Shown here one piece after another: positions 16,753 to 27,256 of a stretch of 64,000 nt of DNA; the stretch's first letter is position 1, and the number at the start of each line of letters is the position of its first letter. This DNA comes from a virus. Its lineage: Duplodnaviria; Caudoviricetes. Below the pieces are notes generated by a model. It was given only the letters and a program-made list of their open reading frames with translations, was not told the origin of the DNA and made no database searches. Where the stretch lies: positions 1-64,000 of the IMG/VR virus record IMGVR_UViG_3300002220_000029; one strand, 5' to 3'. The position numbers were made by a program, and so were the translations under genes.

Positions 16753-19700
16753 TGGCTGGTATCAAGATAAAAATATCAACTGAAGAGGCACAAACAGCAA
16801 CCAAGAAGCTTTCAACAGATCTTGAGAAGCTTGGAGCTACAAGTAAGCTAACAGAAGCGCAGATTGCCAAACTACAATCCCGTATGACAGAAAAGATGGG
16901 TATGGATAAAGCCAGCGACGCCATCAATCGGGTTGCACAATCTGTTGGTATGTCCAGCAAGGAGATTGAAAAGTTTCACGCGACTCTTGCTCCTCCTGGT
17001 TTTGCAGAAAGAGTCACAAGCGGATTTAACAGAATTAAAGCCAATTGGATGGCATTAGCTGGAACTGCATTTGCTGTTGGAATTGCTATAAATCAAGCAT
17101 TTAGTTATGCAAAGCTTGGTGCATCGGCACAGCAGGCAGAAGAATCTTTTAGAATTGTTGCTTTTGCTGCAAAAGAGAATGCCAACGAAATTGTTGATGC
17201 AATGACTCGAGTGTCACAGGAAACAGTTGATAACTCTGACATTATGCAGAAAGCTGTAAAAGGAATGGTAATGGGGTTGAAGGGCAATGAGATTGTCAAG
17301 ATCATGGAAGTTGCCCGTACTTCGGCAAGAATAGCAGGTGAAGACATCAAAACTGCTTATGAAAATATAACAGATGCCATTAGTACAAATATGCCAAGAT
17401 CTTTGAAAAGATATGGTCTTATTGCAAAAGAGGAGTTGGCTCTTGTTAATAAAGCAATCGCAGCTGGTATAGAAGACATCGATTTGCTTGGTCTTGTTTT
17501 ATCAAGAGCTGCTGTGCAACAGGCTAAAATGGGACCTTTAGCTTTAAGTACTGCAGAAAATCTTCAAAAATTTCAAGCACAGGTGCAGCAATTAAAAGAA
17601 GACATTGGCAAAGGATTGATATGGGTTTTGCAAGAACTGTTCGGAGTCTTCCAAGCTGTTGCTGCAGGTGTGCTGACAGTTGCGTCTGGATTTGCATATT
17701 TGGTTGGAGGTGTTAATGACTTACAATCAAAATTGGCAGGATTCAGAGGCAACAAAAAAGTAGAAGCAGAATTAAAAGGCTTGGCTGATGCAGCATATAA
17801 GGTTGGCGAAGATCTTTACGGTGCTTCAGTAGAACTTGCCAATAAGTCTGCTCAAAATATTGCTGGAGTTGACAAAGTCATTGGTGAAGCTGATCAGAAA
17901 GCCATTGCTCGTGCAGAGGCCAATCATAAAAAGTTTATCAAAAACATGAGCGACAAAATTAAAGCACAACAAGGTGCAGCAAAAGCTGCGCAGGCATATG
18001 CTGCAGCATTGGAAGATATAAACAATGCAATCGCGAAATCCGAAGCAGAATTGCAGATGATTGGTAAGGTTGGTTTTGAGAAAGAGATTCATCGGATCAA
18101 TCTTGAAGTAGAGAAATACAAAGCAAAAGGTATCAGCGGTGTCAAAACTGAGAGATATGCAACCTTGGAAATTTTAAAGATTAAAAAAGCCCTTCAAGTT
18201 GAGATAACTGAGCTGATTCGTAAGACCGATCTTGAAACACAGGCAATAGGTAAAACTGCTTATGAGCAGGAATTGGTGCGGATTCAAGGAGAAGTTGAGA
18301 AATATAGAAAGGCAGGCGCTGAAAAAGTTCAGATTGCCAAACTTACAGCATCTATGGTTGCCAAAGTCAATGCTGAGGCCAAAGAACAATTCAAAGAGAT
18401 GGATAAATCTACCCTTGGTTTTGGTGAAACAGAGAATGAACGGCAAATTAGGCAACTGATTCTTGATAATGAAAAGAAGGTCAAACAGATTCAGGCATGG
18501 ATGCAAGGAGGCACCATAGGTGGAGAAAAGGCACCTGAGACGAAATCTGTTGATAGTCAGATACTTGATGTCAATCAACGATCCTTGGGAATTGAGATAG
18601 ACCAGCTAAATTCATTGCGTGCAATTGAGGCTAAATTAACAGGCAAACCAGAACCGACACCAGTTCCGCAGCCCAAGCCAATATCAGAACCAATTCCTGT
18701 AAAGAAGGTTCCTCCTGCAGTTGGACAGGAAGAAGGACAAGCCCTTATTGATAGAGTCAATGAAGAAACGAGACAAGCCCAACAAAAATTGGATTATGAC
18801 AAGCTGAAAAAAGAGGAAGAGTATTATGCAACTATTAAGGGATATGAAGATGTTGCATTCCAGAAGAAAATGCAGAGGATAGAATTAGAAAAGCAAATGC
18901 ATTTAGCGTCCTATGAGGCTATTGCAGCAGCAGCGAAAAAATCAGCAGATGCGTCGTCAGATGCCGCTGCAAAGGCTGTAAATGCCGCTGATGCAGCTAT
19001 AGCTGCGATGGATGCCGCAGTTCTTGCGGGTGATAATATACCTCAGAAAGACAGGGATGATGCTGCAAAAGCATCTAAAGATGCCAAAGCTGCGCTGGCA
19101 AAAGCAGATGCTGCTGCTGAAAAATCAATGAAGAGTCAAAATACATTACTACAGGAGCAAACGGCTGCAGAAGCAAAGGCATTGCAAGAAACAGGAAAGG
19201 CAAAACAAGATGTATGGGATGCAAATTCTGCTGAAGTAAATGCTGGCATCAATAGCATGATCACCGCATTCCAGGCGATCGGCTCAATGTATGATGAAAA
19301 TTCAAAAGAATATGCCATGATGCAAGATGCAGCGAAGGCAATGATAGTATTACAACAGGCTGTTGCTGTTGCCAATGCTGTTGCCGCGATCGCCAATCAA
19401 GGTCTTGGCGATCCTTACACAGCTTTTGCTCGTATAGCTGCAATGGTGGCAGCGATGGGAGCATTATTGGCTACAATAGGCAAATCAATAGGTGGAGGAA
19501 GCAGTATTTCTGCACGCAAGAAGGAACAGGCTGAATATATGGCCAAGCCTGAGAGCACTGTTCTTGGAGCAAAAAGAGGAACTGCAAGTGAATCTTTGGA
19601 GAAATCATGGGAGATCCTTGAGGACATGTATGATCTTCAATATCATGAATTAAAAGGGATCCATAGCTCAATGAAGCTGCTTAATACCAATATTATGGGT

Positions 19701-22301
19701 CTTGTCAATCAAATGGTTCGTGGATATGGAGAATTTGCTGGAACTGGTACCATCGGAGAATACACAACAGCAGCCTTTAAACAAAACCAAAAAGCAATGG
19801 AAGGCTTCTTTGGAATGGCATTTTCTATTATGGCTGACCCAATATCGCAGTTATTCAAAAGCAAGTTAGTGAATAATGTGACTAACTTTCTATTTGGAGG
19901 AAAAGTAAAATCCTATGGAACAGTTTCGAGCGGATTGGAAACTGGAGCAGCAAGTGTTGGAAATTTGGCAGCTGGCCAGGATGTATCAGCAGCAATATGG
20001 GATACCCAAGCCTATAAGAAATCAGGTAGTATTTTTAGCAGCAGCAAAAGGTGGCAAGTCACTTATTGGCAGGCGGTGGATGCTCAAACACAAGATTTGA
20101 TTACAAAAGTTTACGAAAATATTGGAAACACACTGATAGAACTGACCAGGATGCTTGGTACTGATATGCAGAAGACGTTAAATTATGTCCTGCCAGGACT
20201 TCATGTAGAATTGAAAGGGCTGTCTGGAGAGGAAATAAATAAGAAGCTCAAAGAAGAGTTCTCTGCAATGGGAGACAGGGCTGTTGATGCTTTGTTTGGC
20301 CACATATTGAGGCAATATCAAAAAGTCAATGAAGGGCTATTGGAAACTGCAACAAGAGTCGTGACTGACATGGTAGTTGTTCAATCTGTTCTTGGCATGA
20401 CAAACCAAAAATTTGCTGAGTTTGGCAGGGTAGTGATGGAAGGAAACATGGCTGTTTTTCTAAGTATGGAACAAGCAGCAACGGTAACAACATATTTTGA
20501 TGCAGCATTGGGCAAATGGGTCGTTACTTGGAAATTGACAAAAGCTGAAATCATTGCCATGACAGAGGAAATGATTGAGCTTGCTGGTGGTCTTGATAAA
20601 TTGACAGAGGCAGCAGAAACTTACTATGATGCCTTCTTTGATGAAGGAGAAAAATTTGTCAAGACGCAGAAAATATTGACAGAGAATCTCGCTGATTATA
20701 ACTTGCAAGTGCCCAAAGCTCGAGATGGGTGGAGAGACCTTGTTGAAGCACAGGATTTAATGACTAAATCAGGAAGAGAAACATATGTGGCCTTGCTGCA
20801 AATGTCGGAAGCGGCTGATCAGCTTTACAGCTATCTGGATAATCTGATTGACAAAGTCAAAGATGCCAGAGAAAGTATGCAATTGGCTAATAGGTCTATT
20901 GATGAGCAAAGAATGACCTTCAAAAGAGCCACAGACACAGTAAAGACAGCATTGGTCATGTCATGGAGCGGTGATTTCTCTTGGGGTGACAGCGAGATTG
21001 TTGACAAGGCTCTTGATACGGTATCAAGTATTTCCACAAATACATATGCAGACAAGATGAGTTATGAAAGGGATTATTGGAAGACTTATAATCTCCTTGC
21101 AGAGCTTGAGGCTGCTGCCGGTGGAGAAATCTCATATGAAGACCAAATGGTCAATCTTACAGAGCAAGAGATTCAGATATTGGAATCTATTCACAGAGCA
21201 ATAACAGGACAGGCAACAACTGTATCTGTTGGAAATTATACATTCCCAAATAGCACCGCCACCACAGGTGGAACAACCACCACAGGAGGAACTGTTACGA
21301 CAGGAACTCCATATACAAACCCAACAGCAGCGGCATATGCACCTGAAATTGCAATACCAGAATCGTTAAGAGCATTCCTTAAATCTGGCCAGGCGTGGGC
21401 TGCAAGTTTATTGATGCCTGGTGATTGGCTAAAATGGTTTCAAGCAATGTTTGCTGGTGGATTTGATATCACCAAAGCCGTGCAATCAGTCAAAGGTTAT
21501 GCCGAAGGCGGAGTCCACACAGGTGGCTGGCGTGTTGTCGGAGAAAAAGGACCTGAGCTTGAATACACAGGCGCAAGCAGGATATTCAGCAACGATGATA
21601 CAAAGAGCATTTTTGATACGGCTGCCATTATAGAAGAACTGAATAAGATCGAGGAGAACACCAGACCATCCGACGAGGAAGAATCTGTATATGCATTGCT
21701 GAGACAACAATTAAAAATGATTTCCAAAGACGAAATGGAATTTAATAAGAAAGCACATAAAAATTCCTATGAACAATCATCAAGGTCGTTACTGTATCAG
21801 ATCCTAACGGCTGGTTTGCAAAAGACAGAAGTTGATCTGACCGAGACAGGACAATCAATATTATTGGCTACAGTCACAGGTATAACCCAGACTATCGATT
21901 TGACACAGGCCATTATTGATGCTACCAATGAAATGAATCAAATTCTTGCCAATATAGCTGCTGGATTGGTTAAAACACCAGCCACAACAGGCACAACAAC
22001 TACCGTTCAAGGCCATCAAGCAGGCGGAAGCCACACAGGTGGCTGGCGTGTTGTTGGTGAAGGCGGTCCTGAATTGGAATTTACCCCTGCAAGCACAATA
22101 TACAGTAATGCTCAAAGCAAAAAGATGCTTGATAATACTGAGGTTGTTTCTGAATTGAGGGCAGTCAAAGTGGAGTTGAAGACATTAAGATCAGATTTAG
22201 CAGCAGCCAATTATGCCATAGCAAAGAATACAAACAAGTCGGCAAAGGTGGCAGAGCGGTGGGATGTTGACGGTCTACCTGCCGAAAGGACTTATACATG
22301 A
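16752..22301 (+). CDS. Tape measure protein
   Basis: 1849 aa, Ala/Lys/Glu-rich helical, after the chaperone genes, with two C-terminal GG.HTGGWRVVGE.GPELE motifs. Confidence 0.93.
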   Translation: MAGIKIKISTEEAQTATKKLSTDLEKLGATSKLTEAQIAKLQSRMTEKMGMDKASDAINRVAQSVGMSSKEIEKFHATLAPPGFAERVTSGFNRIKANWMALAGTAFAVGIAINQAFSYAKLGASAQQAEESFRIVAFAAKENANEIVDAMTRVSQETVDNSDIMQKAVKGMVMGLKGNEIVKIMEVARTSARIAGEDIKTAYENITDAISTNMPRSLKRYGLIAKEELALVNKAIAAGIEDIDLLGLVLSRAAVQQAKMGPLALSTAENLQKFQAQVQQLKEDIGKGLIWVLQELFGVFQAVAAGVLTVASGFAYLVGGVNDLQSKLAGFRGNKKVEAELKGLADAAYKVGEDLYGASVELANKSAQNIAGVDKVIGEADQKAIARAEANHKKFIKNMSDKIKAQQGAAKAAQAYAAALEDINNAIAKSEAELQMIGKVGFEKEIHRINLEVEKYKAKGISGVKTERYATLEILKIKKALQVEITELIRKTDLETQAIGKTAYEQELVRIQGEVEKYRKAGAEKVQIAKLTASMVAKVNAEAKEQFKEMDKSTLGFGETENERQIRQLILDNEKKVKQIQAWMQGGTIGGEKAPETKSVDSQILDVNQRSLGIEIDQLNSLRAIEAKLTGKPEPTPVPQPKPISEPIPVKKVPPAVGQEEGQALIDRVNEETRQAQQKLDYDKLKKEEEYYATIKGYEDVAFQKKMQRIELEKQMHLASYEAIAAAAKKSADASSDAAAKAVNAADAAIAAMDAAVLAGDNIPQKDRDDAAKASKDAKAALAKADAAAEKSMKSQNTLLQEQTAAEAKALQETGKAKQDVWDANSAEVNAGINSMITAFQAIGSMYDENSKEYAMMQDAAKAMIVLQQAVAVANAVAAIANQGLGDPYTAFARIAAMVAAMGALLATIGKSIGGGSSISARKKEQAEYMAKPESTVLGAKRGTASESLEKSWEILEDMYDLQYHELKGIHSSMKLLNTNIMGLVNQMVRGYGEFAGTGTIGEYTTAAFKQNQKAMEGFFGMAFSIMADPISQLFKSKLVNNVTNFLFGGKVKSYGTVSSGLETGAASVGNLAAGQDVSAAIWDTQAYKKSGSIFSSSKRWQVTYWQAVDAQTQDLITKVYENIGNTLIELTRMLGTDMQKTLNYVLPGLHVELKGLSGEEINKKLKEEFSAMGDRAVDALFGHILRQYQKVNEGLLETATRVVTDMVVVQSVLGMTNQKFAEFGRVVMEGNMAVFLSMEQAATVTTYFDAALGKWVVTWKLTKAEIIAMTEEMIELAGGLDKLTEAAETYYDAFFDEGEKFVKTQKILTENLADYNLQVPKARDGWRDLVEAQDLMTKSGRETYVALLQMSEAADQLYSYLDNLIDKVKDARESMQLANRSIDEQRMTFKRATDTVKTALVMSWSGDFSWGDSEIVDKALDTVSSISTNTYADKMSYERDYWKTYNLLAELEAAAGGEISYEDQMVNLTEQEIQILESIHRAITGQATTVSVGNYTFPNSTATTGGTTTTGGTVTTGTPYTNPTAAAYAPEIAIPESLRAFLKSGQAWAASLLMPGDWLKWFQAMFAGGFDITKAVQSVKGYAEGGVHTGGWRVVGEKGPELEYTGASRIFSNDDTKSIFDTAAIIEELNKIEENTRPSDEEESVYALLRQQLKMISKDEMEFNKKAHKNSYEQSSRSLLYQILTAGLQKTEVDLTETGQSILLATVTGITQTIDLTQAIIDATNEMNQILANIAAGLVKTPATTGTTTTVQGHQAGGSHTGGWRVVGEGGPELEFTPASTIYSNAQSKKMLDNTEVVSELRAVKVELKTLRSDLAAANYAIAKNTNKSAKVAERWDVDGLPAERTYT
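21515..22054 (+). repeat. Exact 24-nt direct repeat inside the TMP
   Basis: CCACACAGGTGGCTGGCGTGTTGT occurs at 21515-21538 and 22031-22054. Confidence 0.85.
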
Positions 22302-23194
22302 AATTGATACCACCAATCACGATAACGGATGTTGAGTTTCATGATTCAACTATCACAGAGCCCAGTGTGGACGAATTAGCTGACGTCAATTACAGAGGCG
22401 AGTGGAATGCTGGTGTGACTTATACTGTAAATGCTCTTGTTATTGTTGTGGCTGATCATAAAAGGTATATCTCATTACAAAATGGCAATGTTGGCTACAC
22501 CCCAGGTGGAGCTGGCAACGAGGCATGGTGGTCAGATGATGGATATACGGATCGTTGGAAGGTATTTGATGCTGTTGTTGGTTCACAGGCAACATTAACA
22601 TCAGCCATCACATATGAATTAGATCCAGGACCAATTGACAGTGTTGCTCTTTTGAATATTGAGGCAGGAACAACTACAGTTACAATGACAGATGTTGGTG
22701 GTGCAGGGGATCCTATTATTTGGACAGAAACAACAAAGGTTGATGGAATGCTCGTTTCTGATGTTGCCTATACAGATTTTCCTTTGACATATTTGACACC
22801 ACACATTGTGATTGAATTGTCTATTCCAGCAACGGGTGATTCTGTTAAAATAGGAGAAATCATTGTTGGGCAGAAGGAATCTTTGGGCAACACAAAGTAT
22901 ATACCATCGGTTGGTATTACTGATTATAGCATCAAAGAGGTTGATGATTTTGGAAATTATACAGTGTTGGAAAGAGCATATTCGAAAAGGCTTTCATGCG
23001 CCACCAATATCTTAAATACACAGTTGGATGCTGTTTATAATGTTCTTGCCTCTTACCGAGCGCAGCCTGTGGTGTGGATTGGCCATGAAGACTATGCCAG
23101 TATGATCGTTTATGGTTTTTATAAAGATTTTAGTATTGAGATTGCTTATTTGAAATATAGCGTATGCACATTGGAGATTGAGGGTCTTGTTTAA
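22298..23194 (+). CDS. Tail tip/distal-tail protein, paralog 1
   Basis: Follows the TMP and shares RWKxFD and GxTDYSIKxxDxxGN...ERxxSKR blocks with the next gene. Confidence 0.65.
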   Translation: MKLIPPITITDVEFHDSTITEPSVDELADVNYRGEWNAGVTYTVNALVIVVADHKRYISLQNGNVGYTPGGAGNEAWWSDDGYTDRWKVFDAVVGSQATLTSAITYELDPGPIDSVALLNIEAGTTTVTMTDVGGAGDPIIWTETTKVDGMLVSDVAYTDFPLTYLTPHIVIELSIPATGDSVKIGEIIVGQKESLGNTKYIPSVGITDYSIKEVDDFGNYTVLERAYSKRLSCATNILNTQLDAVYNVLASYRAQPVVWIGHEDYASMIVYGFYKDFSIEIAYLKYSVCTLEIEGLV

Positions 23195-24813
23195 TGCAAA
23201 TAATTCTGCCATCATATATCACAGATGATCTTTTGATTTCCTGTGATGCTCCAGAGGATGATCCCAACATTCCAGAGTGGGATTCAACTGTGGAATATAT
23301 TACTGGACAAAGGGTTGCCGTCACAGATCCTGGTGTCCACAATGTATATGAGGCTGTTTGGCACACGCCTTCAAATCTCAATTACTATCCTCCTGATAAT
23401 CTTGTTGGAACTCCTCCTTGGTGGATGTTAATCGGAGCAACAAACAGATGGAAACTGTTTGATATGATTGTTGCGCCTGAACGATGTGAGGTTGCCAACA
23501 ATAATCCCGGTTGTGCTTGGGAAGCTGCCAGTTTATGGGAAGCCGGAACCACTTGGGCAACCTTTTCATACACAACGATGCAGGTAACAGTTTTGCCTGG
23601 TGAGATTGACTCCGTTGCCATAATGAACTCTGATGTCACTTCTGTAACGGTTGTTATGGAGGATTTGGGCGAAGCTGTTCATTATGAAACAAATGTCCCA
23701 ACAACAACAGCATTTAACAATTTGCTATTTCAGGATTTGCCTTCATACCCAAATGCAACTGTTCAGGTGATATTGCGAAATTCAACAGCAGCCACAATAT
23801 CCATTGGTGAAATTGTATTTGGCATGGAACAATATTTGGGCAGGACAAAATATGGTGTTGGTGTTGGTCTTACGGATTATTCTATAAAACAAGCAGATGA
23901 ATGGGGCAACTTCTCAATATTGGAAAGATCATTTTCAAAAAGGATTGATTGCAACTTTACAATGGAAACATCAGCCCACTCTGGCGTTATGCGGCTGCTG
24001 GAGAAATATAGATCGATCCCGTTGGTTTGGATTGTTAGTGATTTGTATTCAACTACAATCATATATGGATTCTACAGAGATTTTGAAATATCAATTCCAT
24101 ATCTCAACATGGCAGAATGTGCATTGAATATTGAAGGTCTTGGTGCCGATTTGGTTTATGCAACACCTGCCACAGATGATTGGTCACCTCCTTGGTCTGG
24201 TTATTTGGAATTGGAGACATTGGAATTACCTTCGCTTGATAGTGTTACGATGGCAACAATAGATGCAATACCTGTATCGACAGATCTTTTGGAATTAACC
24301 ACTTTTGATTTGCCTACATTTGAATATCCGAGAGGATTGCAGTATCTGTATTTGAAACTGGGCACCTGCACCATCTCAAGTGCCGAGCCCACCGTGATAA
24401 CTTTTGCTGGTCATGGGCTGCCTAATAATCACAGAGTTCTTTTCCATGCAGGAACAGCCGATGCACTGGATATGTTGCCTTCTCCGTTGAGTCCTGATCA
24501 AGTGTATTATGCAGAAAATGCTGCAATCGATACATTCAACATTACATTGACTATTTTAGGATCAACTATTGATACAACTGATGATGGACAAGGCGTATTT
24601 ACACTTTATAAAAGTAATGATTATTACATTGATGCCGATTCCTGTTCACATGCACATAGTGCTGATGGTCCTGTAGTATCAAATGCAGTGTTAGGAATGG
24701 ATTCTACACATTCATTAGTATCAGATAATGTTATTGTACAACCGATTCTTTTAATAATTGGTGGCTCAAATCATTCATTGGTATCCGATAATCTTGAACT
24801 GGTTGAAAGCTGA
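23194..24813 (+). CDS. Tail tip protein, paralog 2, with extra C-terminal domains
   Basis: Same conserved blocks as paralog 1, plus an HGL...LP...YY module and HSLVSDN repeats. Confidence 0.65.
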   Translation: MQIILPSYITDDLLISCDAPEDDPNIPEWDSTVEYITGQRVAVTDPGVHNVYEAVWHTPSNLNYYPPDNLVGTPPWWMLIGATNRWKLFDMIVAPERCEVANNNPGCAWEAASLWEAGTTWATFSYTTMQVTVLPGEIDSVAIMNSDVTSVTVVMEDLGEAVHYETNVPTTTAFNNLLFQDLPSYPNATVQVILRNSTAATISIGEIVFGMEQYLGRTKYGVGVGLTDYSIKQADEWGNFSILERSFSKRIDCNFTMETSAHSGVMRLLEKYRSIPLVWIVSDLYSTTIIYGFYRDFEISIPYLNMAECALNIEGLGADLVYATPATDDWSPPWSGYLELETLELPSLDSVTMATIDAIPVSTDLLELTTFDLPTFEYPRGLQYLYLKLGTCTISSAEPTVITFAGHGLPNNHRVLFHAGTADALDMLPSPLSPDQVYYAENAAIDTFNITLTILGSTIDTTDDGQGVFTLYKSNDYYIDADSCSHAHSADGPVVSNAVLGMDSTHSLVSDNVIVQPILLIIGGSNHSLVSDNLELVES

Positions 24814-24827
24814 CAAAGGAGACGAAA

Positions 24828-25985
24828 ATGAGGTATAAATTAAAAACAGATTTTGAAATGCCAAAATTGCATATAAGGATGACGGTTGAAAAGGATGGCC
24901 AAATAATAAGTGATAGATATGAAGAAGGCCATAGCTGGACAACCAATGCATACCATTTTTACCAATCATTTATGCTTGATGCTCTGGTGGATAGCAATTT
25001 ATATGCAAGAGATACATCTGGAGTGATTTATGTAGCAAACCAATTCGCAAGGTGGGGAACTGCTGCTGCCTACGGATTTTATAATAATGCAAACAATTTG
25101 AGTTTTGGAATTGTTATTGGAACAGGAACAGCAGCTTTTCATTTAGAAGATTATAAATTAGAAACAGATATTCAACATGGCAATACAACTGACTGTCTAT
25201 ATTACCAAGCACAGATTGCTCCTGTTGTAACATATTCTGGTGATCCTGATTACACACAAAACATTTTACACAAAAGAGTTTTCAATAACAATTCAGGAGC
25301 ATCAATTACTGTCAACGAGGTGGGGATTACTTATCGAGAGTTCGGCAATCATTATATTTTATTGAGCCGTGATGTTCTTGGTGTACCTACTGAGGTGGTC
25401 AATGGGGCACAATTAACCACAACAATTTCTATCACAACCCCATCTTTGGAAGCAATCCACAGCGAGCATAATATTGCCCTTGGTGCTCTTGGTTCTGGTG
25501 GAATATACATGGGCTGGTATGATTATACAATAGAAAACCAATCTCCTGGTAGTCATAGAAAATATGGATTGATATTAGCTCCTGTAAGCAGTGAAAGTGC
25601 TGGGGTTGTCTGGTGTAATCCGACACAAACAGTCGTACAAAAACATTATTATGGACAGCCTGTAACGGCATTGTTAGAAGCCCTTGGTGCAATTTCTCCA
25701 TTGGGACAATATGTGACAGCGCAAAATGCGGCTGTTCTTGGTGGATTTTCAGATTGGTATGTTCCAGGGATATATGAATTTGGTAGATATTATACTATAC
25801 GAGCATCCATACCTGGCGGAGAGGGATCTACAAACGACAGTTATTGGAGTTCTACCAGCAATGGTCCTTTCGCTTATACCTACAATCCAGTAACAAATTC
25901 TGTCTACTCTGGCACGACGCAAACAGCAAGTGCCAAGATACGGCTCTTCAGAAGATTTTTACTTTCAACATGGACACCTGCATAA
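24828..25985 (+). CDS. Tail fibre/receptor-binding protein with a C-terminal DUF1566/CLec-like domain
   Basis: C-terminus contains GGFSDWYVP..YE, YWSST and a terminal IRLFR strand. Confidence 0.65.
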   Translation: MRYKLKTDFEMPKLHIRMTVEKDGQIISDRYEEGHSWTTNAYHFYQSFMLDALVDSNLYARDTSGVIYVANQFARWGTAAAYGFYNNANNLSFGIVIGTGTAAFHLEDYKLETDIQHGNTTDCLYYQAQIAPVVTYSGDPDYTQNILHKRVFNNNSGASITVNEVGITYREFGNHYILLSRDVLGVPTEVVNGAQLTTTISITTPSLEAIHSEHNIALGALGSGGIYMGWYDYTIENQSPGSHRKYGLILAPVSSESAGVVWCNPTQTVVQKHYYGQPVTALLEALGAISPLGQYVTAQNAAVLGGFSDWYVPGIYEFGRYYTIRASIPGGEGSTNDSYWSSTSNGPFAYTYNPVTNSVYSGTTQTASAKIRLFRRFLLSTWTPA

Positions 25986-25996
25986 AGGAGTATGTT

Positions 25997-26398
25997 ATGT
26001 ATAATATATCAATGAAAGTTGGCAATAAAACAATTTCTGGCATTTTGGAAGATAATAATTTGACATCAGAACAGATACAATCAAAAGGTTGGACTATTTT
26101 GAGGGATGCTGTAGAGATCCACGCTCCTCATGTTCTCCGTAGCGACAAAGGTAAATCAGAACTTCCCACCATTGAGTATGAGGAAATAATTGAACCTCAA
26201 CAAGAAGTAGAACCAGCCAAAGAAAAGGTCTATGAATTGCCAGATTTAACCAGTCTTTCAAGGAAGCAACTTTTGGAACAGAAAATATTAGCAGAAAGGA
26301 AGTTGCAAAAGATAGAGGAGACTTTGGTTGAACATGAAAAGCTGGAAAAGGAAGAAATTGAAGGCAGTCTTAAAGAAGAAAGAGAAAAGGGAGAATAA
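25997..26398 (+). CDS. Hypothetical protein (possible fibre assembly factor)
   Basis: ATG at 25997 after AAGGAG. The track's earlier start overlaps the fibre gene. Confidence 0.55.
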   Translation: MYNISMKVGNKTISGILEDNNLTSEQIQSKGWTILRDAVEIHAPHVLRSDKGKSELPTIEYEEIIEPQQEVEPAKEKVYELPDLTSLSRKQLLEQKILAERKLQKIEETLVEHEKLEKEEIEGSLKEEREKGE

Positions 26399-26400
26399 CC

Positions 26401-26739
26401 ATGGCTGATCGAATGGTATTTTTTAGAACGACAACATCAGGTGGGGCTGGTGGATCTGTTGATGTTATTGATGGTGATGATAGAGGAGACACAAATCCTC
26501 TGCAGGATGGAGATGCCGCTATTGTTCTGACTGATGCTGGTTATTATTATCTTTATATTCTTGATGATGATTTAGCTGGTGCTGAGGATCTCCCAAACAT
26601 TATTGCACCAGACACAAATGCTGGAGATAAGAGATGGGTATTGAAATCTTCACCATATATTCTATCAGGAACAACAGCAACAGCACCTTCTGCAACTGGG
26701 GTTCCTGATGGTGCAATTTATTTTAAATACACACCATAA
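26401..26739 (+). CDS. Putative tail structural protein
   Basis: 112 aa, Gly/Asp/Thr-rich, with an IIAPD..AG..RW motif. Confidence 0.5.
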   Translation: MADRMVFFRTTTSGGAGGSVDVIDGDDRGDTNPLQDGDAAIVLTDAGYYYLYILDDDLAGAEDLPNIIAPDTNAGDKRWVLKSSPYILSGTTATAPSATGVPDGAIYFKYTP

Positions 26740-26751
26740 AGGAGGCCGGGA

Positions 26752-26883
26752 ATGGAAGAAGAAAAGAAAAATACTGTTTTAGAGGTTCAGAATGGTTTTA
26801 TTGATGTGACAAAGATTTTCAAAATGACTTGGAAACCCAAAGATAAAAAGGAGGTAAAGGAAGATGCCAAAAGCAGTACATGA
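26752..26883 (+). CDS. Small hypothetical protein (43 aa)
   Basis: GGAGG RBS, sequence MEEEKKNTVLEVQNG..., below the ORF-track length cut-off. Confidence 0.45.
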   Translation: MEEEKKNTVLEVQNGFIDVTKIFKMTWKPKDKKEVKEDAKSST

Positions 26884-27247
26884 TGATGTTTTAGATGGTG
26901 CATTGTTGGTTATTAAAAACAATGCCACACAAATCAGCGTTTGTGGTCCAACTCAGCCTGCAACCTATGGAGAAGCGACAACAGGAACCACTTACATGAT
27001 TGCTATTGATTCGGCGTTGGATACCAATGATTTTGTAATTGCTGATGACGTTGGTGGTGGCAGAAAAGTAACAATTGGAGAGCAGGCAGCCCTCAATGTT
27101 ACCGCAACGGCTTCAGCGGATTATGTGTGTCTTTGTGATGTGGATGATCGGTTGCTTTATGTAACCACTTGCACCGAGCAAGTGTTGACAGCAGGCAATA
27201 CGGTGACAATTCCGGCATGGACAATAACAATTGGTGATCCCACATAA
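26864..27247 (+). CDS. Putative virion structural protein
   Basis: Beta-rich 127 aa (MPKAVHDDVLDGAL...) with a GGAGG RBS. Confidence 0.55.
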   Translation: MPKAVHDDVLDGALLVIKNNATQISVCGPTQPATYGEATTGTTYMIAIDSALDTNDFVIADDVGGGRKVTIGEQAALNVTATASADYVCLCDVDDRLLYVTTCTEQVLTAGNTVTIPAWTITIGDPT

Positions 27248-27256
27248 GGACTTGCA

